From Veleropilina oligotropha (lineage: Eukaryota), in contig JBEUKZ010000083.1 of the NCBI GenBank assembly GCA_048128005.1, forward strand, positions 62,001-126,000: DNA of 64,000 bases, in the 5' to 3' direction. The position numbers and the translations under genes are program-made. Below the pieces are notes generated by a model that ran no database searches, was not told the DNA's origin, and saw only the letters and a list, made by a program, of their open reading frames with translations. This document shows, in pieces, positions 1-14,200 of this stretch. The first letter of the stretch is position 1, and each line of letters starts with the position of its first letter.

Positions 1-1059
1 TATAAACTCACGAAATTGCCTCACCGGTACGAAGAATCAGCAGTAGATTGAAGGCGACATTACGGCGTAGTGATATGTAAACAGTTTAATGCAAAAAGGA
101 CATCGTGTTTACTCATTACATAAATTAGTAAAAATGCGGTCTAAAAAGAGTGCGAAAGTAGTTGATTAATTAAGTTAACTAATAAATATTCTTTGAAAAT
201 GAACCGATATAACTTTATATAAACTATATGAACATATTAGAATAACAATTTTCATTAGGATTTAAAACTATCTGCAAAAAACAGTAACGCGGGATATATG
301 TGTCGCTGACCGGTTTGAATCTGTCATTGACGTCTGCTATCGCGGAGAAGCTATGTATACGTATCTCGGGTCTTGCATATATGTGATTGTCGCGCAATCT
401 CGTTACCTCAAAATCAGTTCCAATAATCTCTAACATGTTGTTGTTTTGTGGCCGTTGCCATAAATGTTTCCACTATCGCCGCCATAATATCAACATTACA
501 AATATTGGCGGCAATCTCATGATGACATTATAGTAAACAAAACGTAGTAAAAACAAGAAGTGCGCTCGACCTATAGTGACACGCAGTTCTATTGGCTGTT
601 CTAATTTCATTCATTAATTCATCCAATCGCATTTCAATATGGCTTTCACACACGTGTCTTACGACGAATAATACATGGTGTTGCACTATGGGAACATGAC
701 CTAGATATGTGATAAAATATGTTTAGTGGCCTCTAGGATGCACTTCAAGTCGTCATACATTTTGCATTCTTCTGAAAACGTAAACATATAGCGACGGCCC
801 AATAAACTTACTGTGACGCCACATTAAATGCACGAGGACTAAACATTTTTTAAACTATCTTGTAAATTAATTGGTATTTCCGCACTATTGGTTACAAAAA
901 TATCCGTATAAATGACGAATACTGCTAGCACGCTTATACGTTTTAGCATGTATTTCTTATGTCGAATTCCAACACTCTTAATTATGGTAGTAATGTTCCA
1001 TATTATGAAACTGTTATTGGTCTCATTTTATGAACATTATCACAACACGGTATATCCCT

Positions 1060-1775
1060 TTTATTATGCCCCGGCATATAATGCTGGGGGATCTATTCAT
1101 CAGCATGTCCGTTCGTCTGCAATCATTTCGTTTCCGAAGCATATCTCTTAAGCCGCTTGACCTATCTTTACGACATTTGGTGGGTGTATTAAGGACATGG
1201 TGAACTGATGCCTTTTTTGCCAGTTTAGACGTTGAGCGGCGATTATTAGCAGAGTTATTGCCCTTGTTGTAAATTCTAATCGAATTCCTTTCCGGAGCAT
1301 ATCTAATACACCGCTAAACATAAGTTTACGGAACTTGCTGGGTGTATTAAGTAGTCGATGAACTGGTGCCTTTTGCCAGTTTCGACGTTGAGCTGCGATT
1401 ATTAACAGACTTATTGCCCTTGTTGTAAATTCGTTATGTTATCTTTTACAGAGCGTATCTCATAAACCGCACACCATATCATTATGAAATTTGGTGGGTG
1501 TATTCAGTAGATGGTGCCTTTTGCATATTTCGACGCTGTGCGGCGATTATTAACAGTTTATTGCCCTTGCTTTAACTTCGTTAAAAGATGATGGGTGTAT
1601 TTAGTAGTTCGTTAACTGGTACCTTTTCGTAATTTTGACGTTGTACGGTGATTTATAACAGATTTATTGCTCTTGTTATTTATCTATTCTGGAGCATATC
1701 TCTTAAATCGCTTGACTTTTTCTTACGAATCTTAGTGGATGTATTCAGTAGCTGGTGAACTGGTGTCTTTTGCAT
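1060..1775 (+). mobile_element. Helentron-associated (HINE/DINE-like) non-autonomous element, 5' part with ~120-bp tandem repeats
   Basis: Starts TTTTATTATGCCCCGGCAT..GCTGGGGG, then a GTCCGTTCGTCTG microsatellite-like seed, then ~5 diverged units (TTTCCGRAGCATATCTC...TTTGGTGGGTGTATT...TTATTGCCCTTG). A matching last unit with a 3' end (GCCGGGGGAATATGTCATTTCCTGATGGCTCTTGTTT) lies at ~7920-8100. Confidence 0.55.
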
Positions 1776-1849
1776 ATACATTTATGCTGGCCCAGATTTA
1801 GATGGGGCAACATCAACATTTGGATGCCGTGGCCACAGTCGTACTTCTC

Positions 1850-2590
1850 CGATGAAGAAACCATCTAAAGAAAGAAGGCGCCAATACTGGGTCCCTGGAT
1901 CGAGAGGTGATCCTTATACAGTAACTACATCAATCTGATGAGTGCAATGGAATGACAATCACATGGCGATTTCACCACCGACATGCGCATGGAACCGCGC
2001 ATGTTCCACGAATTGCTTCTCCAAGTAACGCCGAGGCTCACAAAACTGACCATTACCTTAAGGTATATGGCCACTGTGAACAGCGTACTCCTTCCGGGTG
2101 CCCCACAATGGTTGAGATATGAAATGGGTCTCTAAAGGTAATTATCGCTCATGTTGAGATCCCAGCCCTCCTTGTTGAGGAGGCGGTCTTTATGTCCGTC
2201 GGTTTTTTAAATTGGCGTTGGTCATGCCGCAAAACAGAGCGTGGTCTACGAACCATTCACAGAGATGTCTGCTCTACGGTTAGCTCAAGCTCAGGCACCT
2301 TTTTTCTCTTGGTGGTCACCGTATTATGTGGTTTGGCTGGCATATCCCGGATGAAATTATCATGCGTGGCCGGTACCGGGTGAATTTCAGCCAAAACCTC
2401 ACCGACATCAGATTCGGCGGGTCATCATCCCACGGACATTCCCATTCTTGGGGGACAGAGCGTATTACGAAGATGTGGGTTGCAGTTGAGAAGTTAGACG
2501 AAGTGCACCCCTTGAGCGCTAGGTGAAAATTGATGCCGACGCACGACCGCGAGCTTTTGTATCTCATCGGGTCTCTGATCGCCATCACTA
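1850..2590. pseudogene. Decayed, internally deleted PIF/Harbinger-like element: transposase N-terminal fragment (+) and possible accessory-protein fragment (-)
   Basis: + strand near 1983 reads MRMEPRMFHELLLQVTPRLTK, typical of Harbinger transposase HTH starts. A frameshifted GC-richer ORF remnant converges on it from the - strand. Confidence 0.45.
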
Positions 2591-4720
2591 GTCACAAGAC
2601 TACTTACGACTGATTTTAAAACACAGCCGCCATGTTTGTCTTTGTTTAAACGCTCCATTATTTTTTCGGCAATGGCGCGTAGTAATAGTATATTTCCGTA
2701 GTATCGTCGTGATCACTTGTTTTGTTGCCAACAGTGGATGAAATATCATGCCGTAAAGTAAATCCAGATTGTTAAAATCCAGCATAAATGACATCTGTAC
2801 GCATACTTTGTATATTTCCATCGTACTGTTACAATAACTTGTTTCACGCATTGAAAAATACCGCGTATCGCTTTTAAACTCCTATTCGAATTCCTAATAG
2901 TGAATCCATGAGCGACATTTTCGCATCCGAACGCAATGCTGACTGTGTTTCAACTGAATAAAACGTGCTAAAATTATGTTAATAAGATACAGATATCTTC
3001 AATATTAGTGGTCAAATGACCAATGTGAATGTACAACCCATGCAAATCGTTCATTTCGGGTCAGATTTTACATGAATTATCCGTGAAGGCGCAATTGATA
3101 CGGAACCAATTACGCTTCTCATCATTGTTAACAACCTATTGTATCTTGAAAGGGCGCATTATCGGTTTTTGGCTGTGTTGCGGAATGTCTTCGCAACTCT
3201 CCAATTCCTTAAAGAGAATGTGCCTCGGCCTCTTCGGGACCTAGTCTTCATTATTTTTAAGGAATGGAGAGTTGCTCCTACATTCCCCTCAACGTAGTTA
3301 AAGATCGAACAATCCCGCGTACCACCAATCATATGATGATATACCACCAGGTTTAAGAGCAATCGCAGTGTGTGACTGCATAATAGAGATTGTAGCAAAC
3401 AATGCCGACTGGTCGTATCTCGGCCATATCACCACATGTCGCAATTATTGGCTGCAGATCCGGTTTATTGCCAACTTTCCCATTTGAACGGAATAGCATA
3501 CATTTTTTATTGCGATGTGTGGTTGCTTGGTGAACATGCTGTGGTTAATTCTTCCAGATACTTGAATATTCTAATACTTGCCAATGTGTAATGTTTAACA
3601 CCTTCACACGCTTTGTATGATAACCAATGCTTGACTAGATTTCACTAGTTCTTCAGAAGGTTCGGATTGGCCATCATCAAGGTTCTGCGAATATTTTATT
3701 GTATCTTCTAAGACATGTAAGTGTGCAGGGCCAGAGGCAAACGGTACTTCTGTGGTTCAATAGCAGAAATTATATGATGTACTAATAGGAAGTTGTAAGT
3801 TAGATATATTGAACATGATTGTAATAAGAAATACTTTCACTAACTGTTTAGCAGTCTCAAAATGCGAAAGGGGGTATGTGTCTGATTGTCATTATAACAT
3901 GATAGCGTTTATCATGTTCCGAACGGGCGACACGAATTGGGGGTGGGGTATTAAGGAGTGCATTACTCCCTTAAAATTTGGGAAAATGTTCCCTTGCATT
4001 CATCAGACTTAAGGGATAATATGGCAGAAATGAGCAGCAATTAAACTTCTGCAATGCGTTTAAAGTGCTGTTGGTTGAAGAAAATGGGTGCGCCTGCTTT
4101 GTTTCCAAATGCATTGGCCTTTAATTCTCGGACTAAATTTGAAACTTGGTTATTGTTCGTATCGGCAAAACAAAAACGCTTCGGATGTTAAGTTTGAAAC
4201 GATGCCAAATATCTCATATGTTAAACAAAATATGTACATTATTGCGCTTCATGTATTTTGACAGCCATTTTTGATTTCTGGCAGCCATGTTGGATTTTTT
4301 GTTTTGATAATAAAAACTTGCGGAGTTAATAGTGTACACTAGCTAAGCCTATTTTATGAGCAAAACGTAAATAATCGCACATTATTGTTAGGAAATAGTT
4401 GAATACCGTATATCAAGTAATATGGTGCAATACACCATTTTCATGAATTATGGGAAATCATTTTGATTTTTTGGCAGCTATGTTGGATTTTTTGTTTTGA
4501 TAAAGGTTACAGAGTTGATAGTGTAGACATAATCTTATTTTACCAGGAATAAATTAATAACTGTGCATTATTGTTAACAAATATAGTTAATTATACCATT
4601 GTTGATGGTTTGGGTAGCCATCTTGGATTTTTGGGCGCCATATTGGATTTTCAGACGGCGGTCCATATCCACTTTTTGTCTACTCTTCCCGGCTTACATT
4701 TCTGCCAAATTAGGTGCTTT

Positions 4721-7222
4721 TAGATAGATAGATAGATAGATATTTATTTTCCTCCACATGCAAATACAATAATATTTTTTCTGTAATGCACCATTAATAA
4801 TATATTTACAAGAGGAAGGAATGACATCGGAGTCTATGACAGACTGTTCCTGTGTAGGCGATGTCGCCCTTGTAACATTATTATACTAAGATAAATATAT
4901 ATATAATAATAATACAGTATAAAGAGAGTAGTGTAGTGTTTAATTCAGTTTGTGTAAATAAGATACTAGCAATGATATTTGCAATTGGGCATTAATATAG
5001 ATTCATGTCATGGTAAGTCTACGTGAAGATAGAAATGGATAAATAGTGATGTTTGTTGCTTTTGTGATACTGGTTGCTAGTATTGGGCAATTTGTGTTTT
5101 GATTATGCTGGTCGTGAATGATTGTAAAGATGAAATATTTTTTTGTCTTGTTGATAAGCGTCCCCACAAAGTTGGCATTTTACATAAATAACTGCGATTA
5201 TATATAGCCCTATTGTGGCGTTGTATTATTGGATCATGTCTACTGCGTGTGTTGTAGTGATGCACATGTGAATTTGTAACAAATATATTGTGTATTTGTA
5301 TTGGTAATTTTTTGTGATAATACTTAAAGCCAAGTTTATATAAATCGAGGTCGATCATGTCTGTTATCTTTAATATTTTTAAACTTTTGAAGATGTAATT
5401 TGTGTGCTCGTTATACTTCGCATTTACAATGAGTCTAACACATTTTTTTGGTAAATTAAACAATTTGTTTATATGCTCTTTTTTCATTAATGGACCCCGT
5501 AGAGACAAACCATACGTTAATTGACAATGTATTGTAGCAAAATACAAAGATCTTTTTATTTTAATGGGCAATTTGTTTTTGCAGCATCGTAGAATATAAT
5601 TATATGCTTCTAAGTAATTTATTATAAATATATTTGAAATGATCGCAAAAATTTAGATTTTCATCAATAATAACACCTTGGAATTTTGTAGATTTTGCTT
5701 CTTGCACTACATTTCCATCTAGTAATAATTGTGAGTTACTATTGTGTGGTTCACATGCTTTCGGTTTAAGTAATATATAATTTGTTTTACTGATATTTAA
5801 GGACAATTTGTTGCTTTTAAGCCAATTACTCAATATTTTAAAATCTTTATTTACATTTTTAAACAATTCAGTTAACGATTTGTTACTGTCATATGCAGTT
5901 GTGTCATCTGCAAAATTTATTAATTTCAGGATGGTCAAGCATTTATTTAAATCATTAATATATAGCAAAAATAGTAACGGTCCTATAACTGACCCTGTGG
6001 CACTCCATATTGCACATTTTGATACGTAGATAGTGTTATTTCCTGTGTGGTGTCATTAAATAATTTGACACTTTGTTGTCGGCTTGATAAATAGCTTTTA
6101 AACCATCTGTTTGGAAAGCCTCTGATCCCATAGAAATTTTATTTAGTAAGTAATATGTCATGATCAATTGTGTCAAATGCTTTAGACAAATCTAAGAATA
6201 AAGCTAGAGTATACTTTTGATCTTCGGAACCTGCTATAATATGATTTAGGAATTCAGTTATTGCATCGATGATGTTATGATTTTTTCTAAATCCATATTG
6301 ACTATTATAGAGAATGTTGTTAGTTATTAAAAAGGAACTTTTGATACTGCGGGCAGAAGTGATATAGGTCTATAGTTGGCAATCAAATGCTTATCTTTAT
6401 TTTTGTAGATTGGCACCACTTCCGCTAATTTCATTCCTTGTGGAAAACACCAGTTTCAATTGATTTATTTACTTATTGTTACAAGTGGTTTATTAATTGA
6501 ATGACATAATTGTTTTAAGAGTACATTATTTATATTTTCATGCCCGCTACTATTTTTACTTTTTAGGCTTTGAATAGTTTCTGTCACTTCAACTATGTCA
6601 GTCGGACACAAAAATAAACTCAATTGTATTCCATCGGTTAAGTAATTGTATGATGTGTCTGCGGTTGGTATTTTACTGGCCGTTTCTTTTCCTATTGTGG
6701 AAAAATAATTACAAAATTTATCGCTTATTTCAGTTTGGTTTTCAATTTAAATTCCATCGCTGTTGATAAAACTAGGTATTCCAAATTTGTTGTTATGTTT
6801 GCCAATTATGTTGTTAATGGTGCCCCACAGTTTCTTTGAATCATTTAAAAATTTTATTATTCTTTCGTTATAATATTGATTTTTGCGTTTCTCTTTATTT
6901 TATCGTACATATTTCTATAAGTAACATATGTTTTATAAGCTGTATCTGTTTTTTGCTGCCCTATGGATTTTCGATACAGAAGATCACATTTTTTTGAACA
7001 TTTAATTAATCCTTTTGTCAAATTGTTATTTGTTTTTCTGGTGCAATGTGATCGAGTACATTGATAATTATATCAGAATATTTATTGAATCCGACATCTG
7101 CATCGAGTGAATTTAGCACATCCCAGTCAAAATTATGAAAATAGTTATTTAGTTTTAGGATTTTTGGTCGGTTACACTTCGTGTTGTTATCGTTTTTGGT
7201 GCCTTTTGTCTTTTACCGTGTA
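4721..7222 (-). mobile_element. Decayed 5'-truncated LINE (L2/Crack-like, CR1 group): RT and C-terminal fragments
   Basis: ORFs 5600-5968 (LYINDL..FADDT) and 5077-5571 (HHYNTR); RT motifs DLSKAFDTIDH (~6160-6195) and NYRPIS (~6360-6380); AATAAA plus (TCTA)n tail at 4721-4750; many frameshifts. Confidence 0.9.
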
Positions 7223-7648
7223 CAAGCGCGGATCCAGGAATTTCGCTTAGGGGGGCGCTGAATTCACTATCGACTGTTGGCGTGGGGGTGGGGCCCCACG
7301 CGAAAGAAAATTTTGAGAATCAACAGCCTGAAACCCCTTCCCTGCACTCTGACAGGGCAAAAGCGATATTTCATTCTAACTTTTTATGAACCACCGTCGC
7401 TCAAATAGCACGAGTCAAATTTCTATTTTATTTTGTCATAATCGAATTGTCCGCGTAGGGTCGGCGCCCCACGCGTAAGAAAATTTTGACAATTAACGAT
7501 GTGAAATCCCTCCTGCATTATTACATTGCAACAGCCTATTAATAATGTTCTGAAAGTCATTTGTATCAGATTATACATATTATTTTAGTATGCTTGGCCA
7601 ACTTTAAGGGGGGCGCGCGTCGGGTGCGCCCCCCTGGATCCGCGCCTG
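7223..7648. mobile_element. Non-autonomous TIR DNA transposon with 5-bp TSD (hAT5-like)
   Basis: TIRs CAAGCGCGGATCCAGG / CCTGGATCCGCGCCTG; TSD GTGTA at 7218-7222 and 7649-7653. Confidence 0.8.
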
Positions 7649-8237
7649 GTGTATATCTATAGAACCCACAAAACCATAAAACCCATAATTGTTTCATCGT
7701 TCTGCTACACTAATAAGACACAGCCTATCATATTTCGCTGAAATTACAGAGATAGGGTAAGATTATAAATCACTTCAAAAAAGAGTCCCTGTGGATTTTC
7801 CAGAAGGCTGGCCACCGTAGATGTGTTCCAGGGGTCCATATTGATGATACATAGCCACCATCATTTTACAGCAGACGGTGACCACCTCCCCTATAGAACG
7901 TACTCTTGGCCCCCGGGGTTTAACTTTATGGCACTTGGTGAGTGTATTAAGTACATGGTGAATTGAGGTCTTTTGCTATTTTAAACTTTGCGTGACAAAT
8001 ATTTACAGAGTTATTGCCATTTTCTCAAATTATATAAAATGATCTTTTCCAGACCATCTGTGCGCCGGGGGAATATGTCATTTCCTGATGGCTCTTGTTT
8101 CTATTGAGATCAGATTTTGCAATCATCCGATAGTTTAGTCTCTGCGATCAAATAGAGGATTTTGCATTTTGTCTCATACAATGTAATACATTACGATGGA
8201 TGTAGCCACATTATGCACATATAATATATATTTACAG

Positions 8238-11200
8238 TGCCCTTTGGTGAATCATGCAGTGACGAACTGACGATATGCCAGTCATCTTTTACTTGTAACG
8301 ACACGAATCTTTGCGGATGCGGTGAAAACGAAATGCTGTCCGCTGATAACACTCGGTGTATTGAAGGTAATGAATGATAATACTCGATGTATCGAAATAC
8401 ATGTACTGGGCTGAAGAATGGTTTAATGTACATGTATTGTAGACAGCGTTTATGGTGATAACCCCTTTCACACATGAAGATCAAGTCCACCATGTTTAAA
8501 CAATTTGAGTAATATAGCAGTCTATACATCGCAACGTATAGGCCTACATGCGATCACGCACTTTTTGTCTTCAACGCGAAGCTGTATACTATTTAGTATA
8601 GTGCTTCATGCAAGACATGCAATCTGGGGCGGGTTGTATATCGACAAGCGCTGTCCAGCGGTTACGTAATCAAAAGATCGGCAATAATCGCCGCTCTCAG
8701 CAATTGGCAGGAAAGACTACCAAATAATTTATATAAAACTATTTTTTATAAATCATTTGATTATTTTTATATAAACCATTTGACTAGTTTTAATATGAAT
8801 CATTTTGCTGCATTTTCGCTGACATCTGCTGAAATCGACGACCAGTGACGATCTTTTGATTGCATAATCGCTGTCCAGCGCTGGATAATATTGCTACCGA
8901 TATATCTACAACCCGCCCCTGATGAGAACAGGCAAACCCACCGTGATGCCCTGATTTGATTGGACAACGAGAGTAGCGAATAATGTCAATAGTTCTCATT
9001 TTGGGAAATTCGCAATTTTCGATGATATCATTGTGACCAGTCTAAATGTAATAAAAATCTATGTGTAATAATCTACACTTAGCTCTTGTTTATTTATTGA
9101 ACACATGATGTACGTGTTCAGATGTACTGTGGCAAATCATATGAATGCATACGAGAAACAGTTCGAAACAAAGATACTAGCTCGAAATTACTTCAATTGG
9201 TTTGATTGCACTCGTTCGAGACCCGGTGTGAGATGAGATTTTCACCCCAATGAAATATTCACTCCCGGGTGAATATTTCATAGCGAAATCTTCACCCCCC
9301 TATGAACTTTTCACCCCCGTGCAATTTCATGATGAAAGTCGCTGGGTGATTTAACCTTGACAGGTGGATTAATTATATTGATTTTCATCAAATGCGATCT
9401 ACATTTCACTAACTTCTGGCCCATGTTTGAAATCATCAAAATTTGTTTCCACTGACAAAGATGTGATAACATCAATTAGTTTTGGTGACCACTTCTTTTG
9501 AATTAAAATTAAGAATCATAATACTTTGATTATTCCAACTATTATTAAAGATTTACACAGTTTATTAGAAGACGTGACCCCAAATATTTTTAAAATACAC
9601 AATGTCATGTTTATATGCATATATCTTATACTAATTATTGTAATATGCATGTTTATATGCATATATCTTATACTAATTATTGTAATATGATGAATATAGT
9701 TTAACATAAAATAATCACAAATCACATAAAAATAATGTTGTTGTTATACCTGACATTGTAATCTCTGGTAGGGCATACATCTATTGTTATAATCTGTAAT
9801 TAAGTGTAAACATCTTCAATTCGCTGAAATCGAATGATAAATTAATTCAGCAACATACACTTTGGAAAATGTCTTACAATATCAAAAGTTCATTGATTAC
9901 AAATGAACTTTATGCATGTAATCCCCAAGTTGGTTTGTATTAATTACTTTAATTGTTTTCATTTTGTCAACCTTTTCCTTTGAAGTCAAGTTACTTACAA
10001 ATTACAGCAAGAAAACATGAACAATGCAAACAACCAGTGTTACTTGGTTGATTGATTTCATTGAACTTACAAATATAGTAAAATTGAAAACCTTACGCAT
10101 TTAATACTAGCATACAAGATGCAATCAAATATTATTATGTTCATGTCAAAACCTCACCAAATACTACAGATCATGTTTACATTTATTTTGCTTCACATAA
10201 TACTAGATACCTCAAAAAGTATATTGTCAGATAAACTAATGCCTGTCATAACAAGACAATGTAAATATGTATTTAAGGAAATTTATGTTTTTTAGAGATG
10301 TTGTGGGGGGTGAAAATATCATAGGGGGGGGGGGGGGGGGTGAAGATTTCGCTATGAAATATTCACCCGGGGGTTAAATTTTCTTAGCTTTTTCTATGAA
10401 ATATTCACCCCGGGTGACTATTTCATGGGGGTGAAAATTTCATATGACACCGGAACCAGTTAAGATCGATTACGCCAGATCAATTCTAGCTTACGAAAGA
10501 TACAAAACTAGACGTGGAGATGCCGTCAACGCTACGAATGCGTTTTATGTATATATAGCATATACTAATCATTCAATTAATTATCTCTCTAAATGCGAGA
10601 TTATTATATCACAAGGCACCCCATACCTATTATATCAACAGCCAGCACTACTTTGTAACGAATTATCCCTGTGTATGACATCATAGTATGCTTAATGTTT
10701 TCAGTTGTGGTTGTTAAGATAGGAGCAGACTGTTCTTTCGAAGGAGCCATGTGTCCAGACTTATCGGTATGCGAATTAGACGATTGCACCAATAAGAGAT
10801 GTCGCTGCAAAATGAACTTGTTCCCAGTAAATAACGACCAGGAGTGCGGAGAAGGTAAATTATGATATTTACAAGGAAAGTTTCCCCTGTATACTCACTG
10901 ACATGCATCATGGTAATTTCCGAGTTTTCAAAACGGAACACATACCAAATCAATTTTTCACCAGAGTCTGTATGCTTGCCTGATGCTAGATATATTTCAT
11001 GGAAGACATATATTCTCTACTGTTCGTACAAATATGGGCAACAATACACAGTACATACATATACTGCCTTAAAGGATTAGAGCTGAAGGTGCGATACATT
11101 GTGAGGGTGACATGCACCAGCTTGCCAAATCGCTCATAACCACTCAGGTAGCCGTGTGGTCTCTCGGACTTACAGGAGTGCTTTCGAATCTCGGTTGGGG

Positions 11201-14200
11201 CCATGATGTTCTTTGTACAGTTAACACTAACAGTTGTCAGGGGGAGAGGTCGATTTCCCCTGATTCTCATCAGGGCAGCCGCTCCGGCAGTCGTGTGGCT
11301 TCGGTTGCTGACTCCAATAATCACTGGTATTATTCCACTAAAACGAACAGTAGTGGTTTCGAATCTCGGTTGGAACATGACATGATTTGTTCAGTTATGA
11401 ATTACAGTTGTCCTGCTTGGAACCTGATGGCTGTAAATATTAAGGGTATTAAGCATCAATCCTTTCCTTTCCTTATCTCTGTTGAAGTGATGCGTCTTGA
11501 AGCAGATTTACTCTTCATTTTGTCTTCACGGTGCTACTTTATAGACTTCTAGTGAAGAGTAGTGACAGAAATGCTAACGTATAGGGATCTTTTCCTTTAT
11601 ACGACCCCAAGATATCAAGCCCTTCATGTAAGACTACATGAAATTTATGGTAATGGTAGCGAACCCTGCTTAACTACCACTGACCCTAATGCCCATGGAA
11701 TATATATATCCAGTTTAGGGTTACGTATATATTCCATGGGCATTAGGGTCAGTGGTAGTTAAGCAGGGTTCGCTACCATTACCATAAATTTCGTGTAGTC
11801 TTACATGAAGGGCTTGATATCTTGGGGTCGTATAAAGGAAAAGATCCACGTATAGTATACGAGTGCGTAAGTTCACCTGAAACATAAACAAGATGGCGGC
11901 AGGCTAGTAAAGTGGAGAATGAGCTCATGACAAATTCATATATAACTTATTATAACTGCTACTAATATACATGAAACTGGATTTTGGAATACCGAAAATA
12001 TCGAAAATATCGAAAATATACATAGGAAAACAATGAAGTATCTGGATGGAATGTAAATATACTCTAAAAGGACAAATATGATCTTGTGTATACACCTCCG
12101 TTGCAGTGAAACTGAAAGAATATATCTTCGGACGTACAATCGCTAATACTTGAACTGAGGTAATTACTATAATACCGTCCGTTACTGGTAAATGTACATA
12201 TTAGTATACTAATAAATAATCTTTAATCGAATATAAATCGGATTCACGAGTAAGTAAATTATAATTATCCTGTATCTGGACATTCTATATTTATTTCTGC
12301 AAGGCAAGTTGTTTATTTCATTTCCTAATTGTCTATTGCAATACCCCTAAACAAAGAACAACAGTAACCACGGAGATAACTGTTGCCGATTTCAAACACG
12401 AATTATCAATTAGCATTGACAATGAATTCACATGCGAATAAGAAATGTACAATAACCAAATCCTCGTCGAGTCGCGATAGATCATCTCCTGGCGAATTAT
12501 CTTCCACGAAATCCGTTAAAAGTAAAAACGCACGAAGAGATTACATCGAATGATGACATAACAACATGCGATAATACAAAAATAACCCCTGACCTTGTTC
12601 AACTTATCACCACAATTGTACGAAAAGTCACCGAACCATTAATCAAACTTATCACGTCAAAGAAAGATATACAATTGAGAACATATCCAAATCTCTACAT
12701 GAACTCAGCTTAAATAACAACAAAGAAAATGAAAAAATAAAAGAGATGGAAAGCAAAATTGATTCTCCTAAAACAACGGTGTCTGCGCAAGAAAACACCA
12801 TCATGTTACAAAGCACTCGTATTCTACAATCCGAACAAGCCTTAGACAATCTAGAGCAATATAGCCGTAGAGAAACTTTAAGATTTAAAATCGTCCCTCT
12901 GGAAAATGTCCCGACTCGTATGATGAGGGGAGATCTTTCGGGTGATATAAATAGATCGCACGTCGCAGGAAAGCCAAATTACTGAGGCAGAGTGAATATA
13001 ATATGCAGATTCACCATCTATACACGGCCAAGAACGCAATATTCCACTCCAAGAACGCAATATTCCACTCCAAGAACGCAATATTCCACTCCAAGAACGC
13101 AATATTCCACTCCAAGAACGCAATATTCCACTCCAAGAACGCAATATTCAACTCCAAGAAAACAAGAAATTCCGCGAAATTATATGTCCCGCCCGTCCCC
13201 ACTTCAACTTTGAAAAGTTGACATAGCAATTTGTAAAGTTACGACTCAGAAGTACTATCGAACATGCAGTGCTGATCAAAACATAGTAATGCCCCACCTC
13301 TCTCTCTTTTTCTTTGCACCCCCATCTCCCCCCCCCCTCCCTCTCCCACTTCCTCTCTTCCCCTCCCTCTCCCACTCAAATTTGATTTGTAACTGAAATA
13401 CTGTTGTCGTGATTGTTAAACATCAGTTCATCATTGTCTCCATAATGTCGTGAGCGGGGTTGTCTCCCCAAGTGATAACCAATAATCACTTGTAAAAAGG
13501 AATTTTTTTCAATTCTGTTTTGCATTTCAATATATCTGTGCTGAATTCATAACATGTATGCCCATACCAGTTGAAGAGGGTGATATTAGACACTGTTCTT
13601 ACTGTTCTTGTAATGGAAATATATACTGCCATCTCAGATACCCATGGAATAAACCAATGGGGAAGCCAGTTTTCAAAATCCATCTGATTTTGATAATCCC
13701 AGCTTCTCAGAAAGACCATTAAGCTTGACAGCTTACTATGTCTATCGGCAGTGAGCAAGTCTTACAAATAAGCATATGTCCCTTTCATCATACACACATA
13801 ATACTTTCATAAGTAAATTAACATTAGAAAAATTCAAGAAACTGAGCTAAGTGCAAAACTTAACGTTGAAAATAGTGGAAAATACAGAAGTCATTTGCGC
13901 ATAAAAGTAGGTCAATGTCGCGAGGGAAGCACTGATATGTAATGGGCACTCTATAATATGAGTATGAGATGATATACATATAACCCACATCAAAGCATAT
14001 ATATGCGAACAAAATATGCAAGCTAAATACAGTCAATGCCGAACTTTAACCAAATTGTTTACCGACAAACAGATGGACAGAGCAACAACAATATCCCGCT
14101 TCCTTCAAGCGGCAGACAGATAGTGTTGTCCAAGTTTGGTGATCATAGGACTTGTATTACCAGACACTGGGCAAAACGCAAAACTTAAACGTTGAAAAAT

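Noticed and set aside
3455..3760. Possible upstream Cys-containing exons of the membrane-protein gene
   Set aside because: Cys-containing stretches fall in different frames with stops, and splice sites are not convincing.
11585..11847. Long palindrome as another member of the GNA-capped hairpin class
   Set aside because: The loop lacks the motif and the element has a clean 8-bp TSD, so it is a conventional MITE.
12878..13229. Repetitive ORFs (RSWSGIL / TQYSTPR)
   Set aside because: Translation of a 21-bp tandem repeat, open in several frames.
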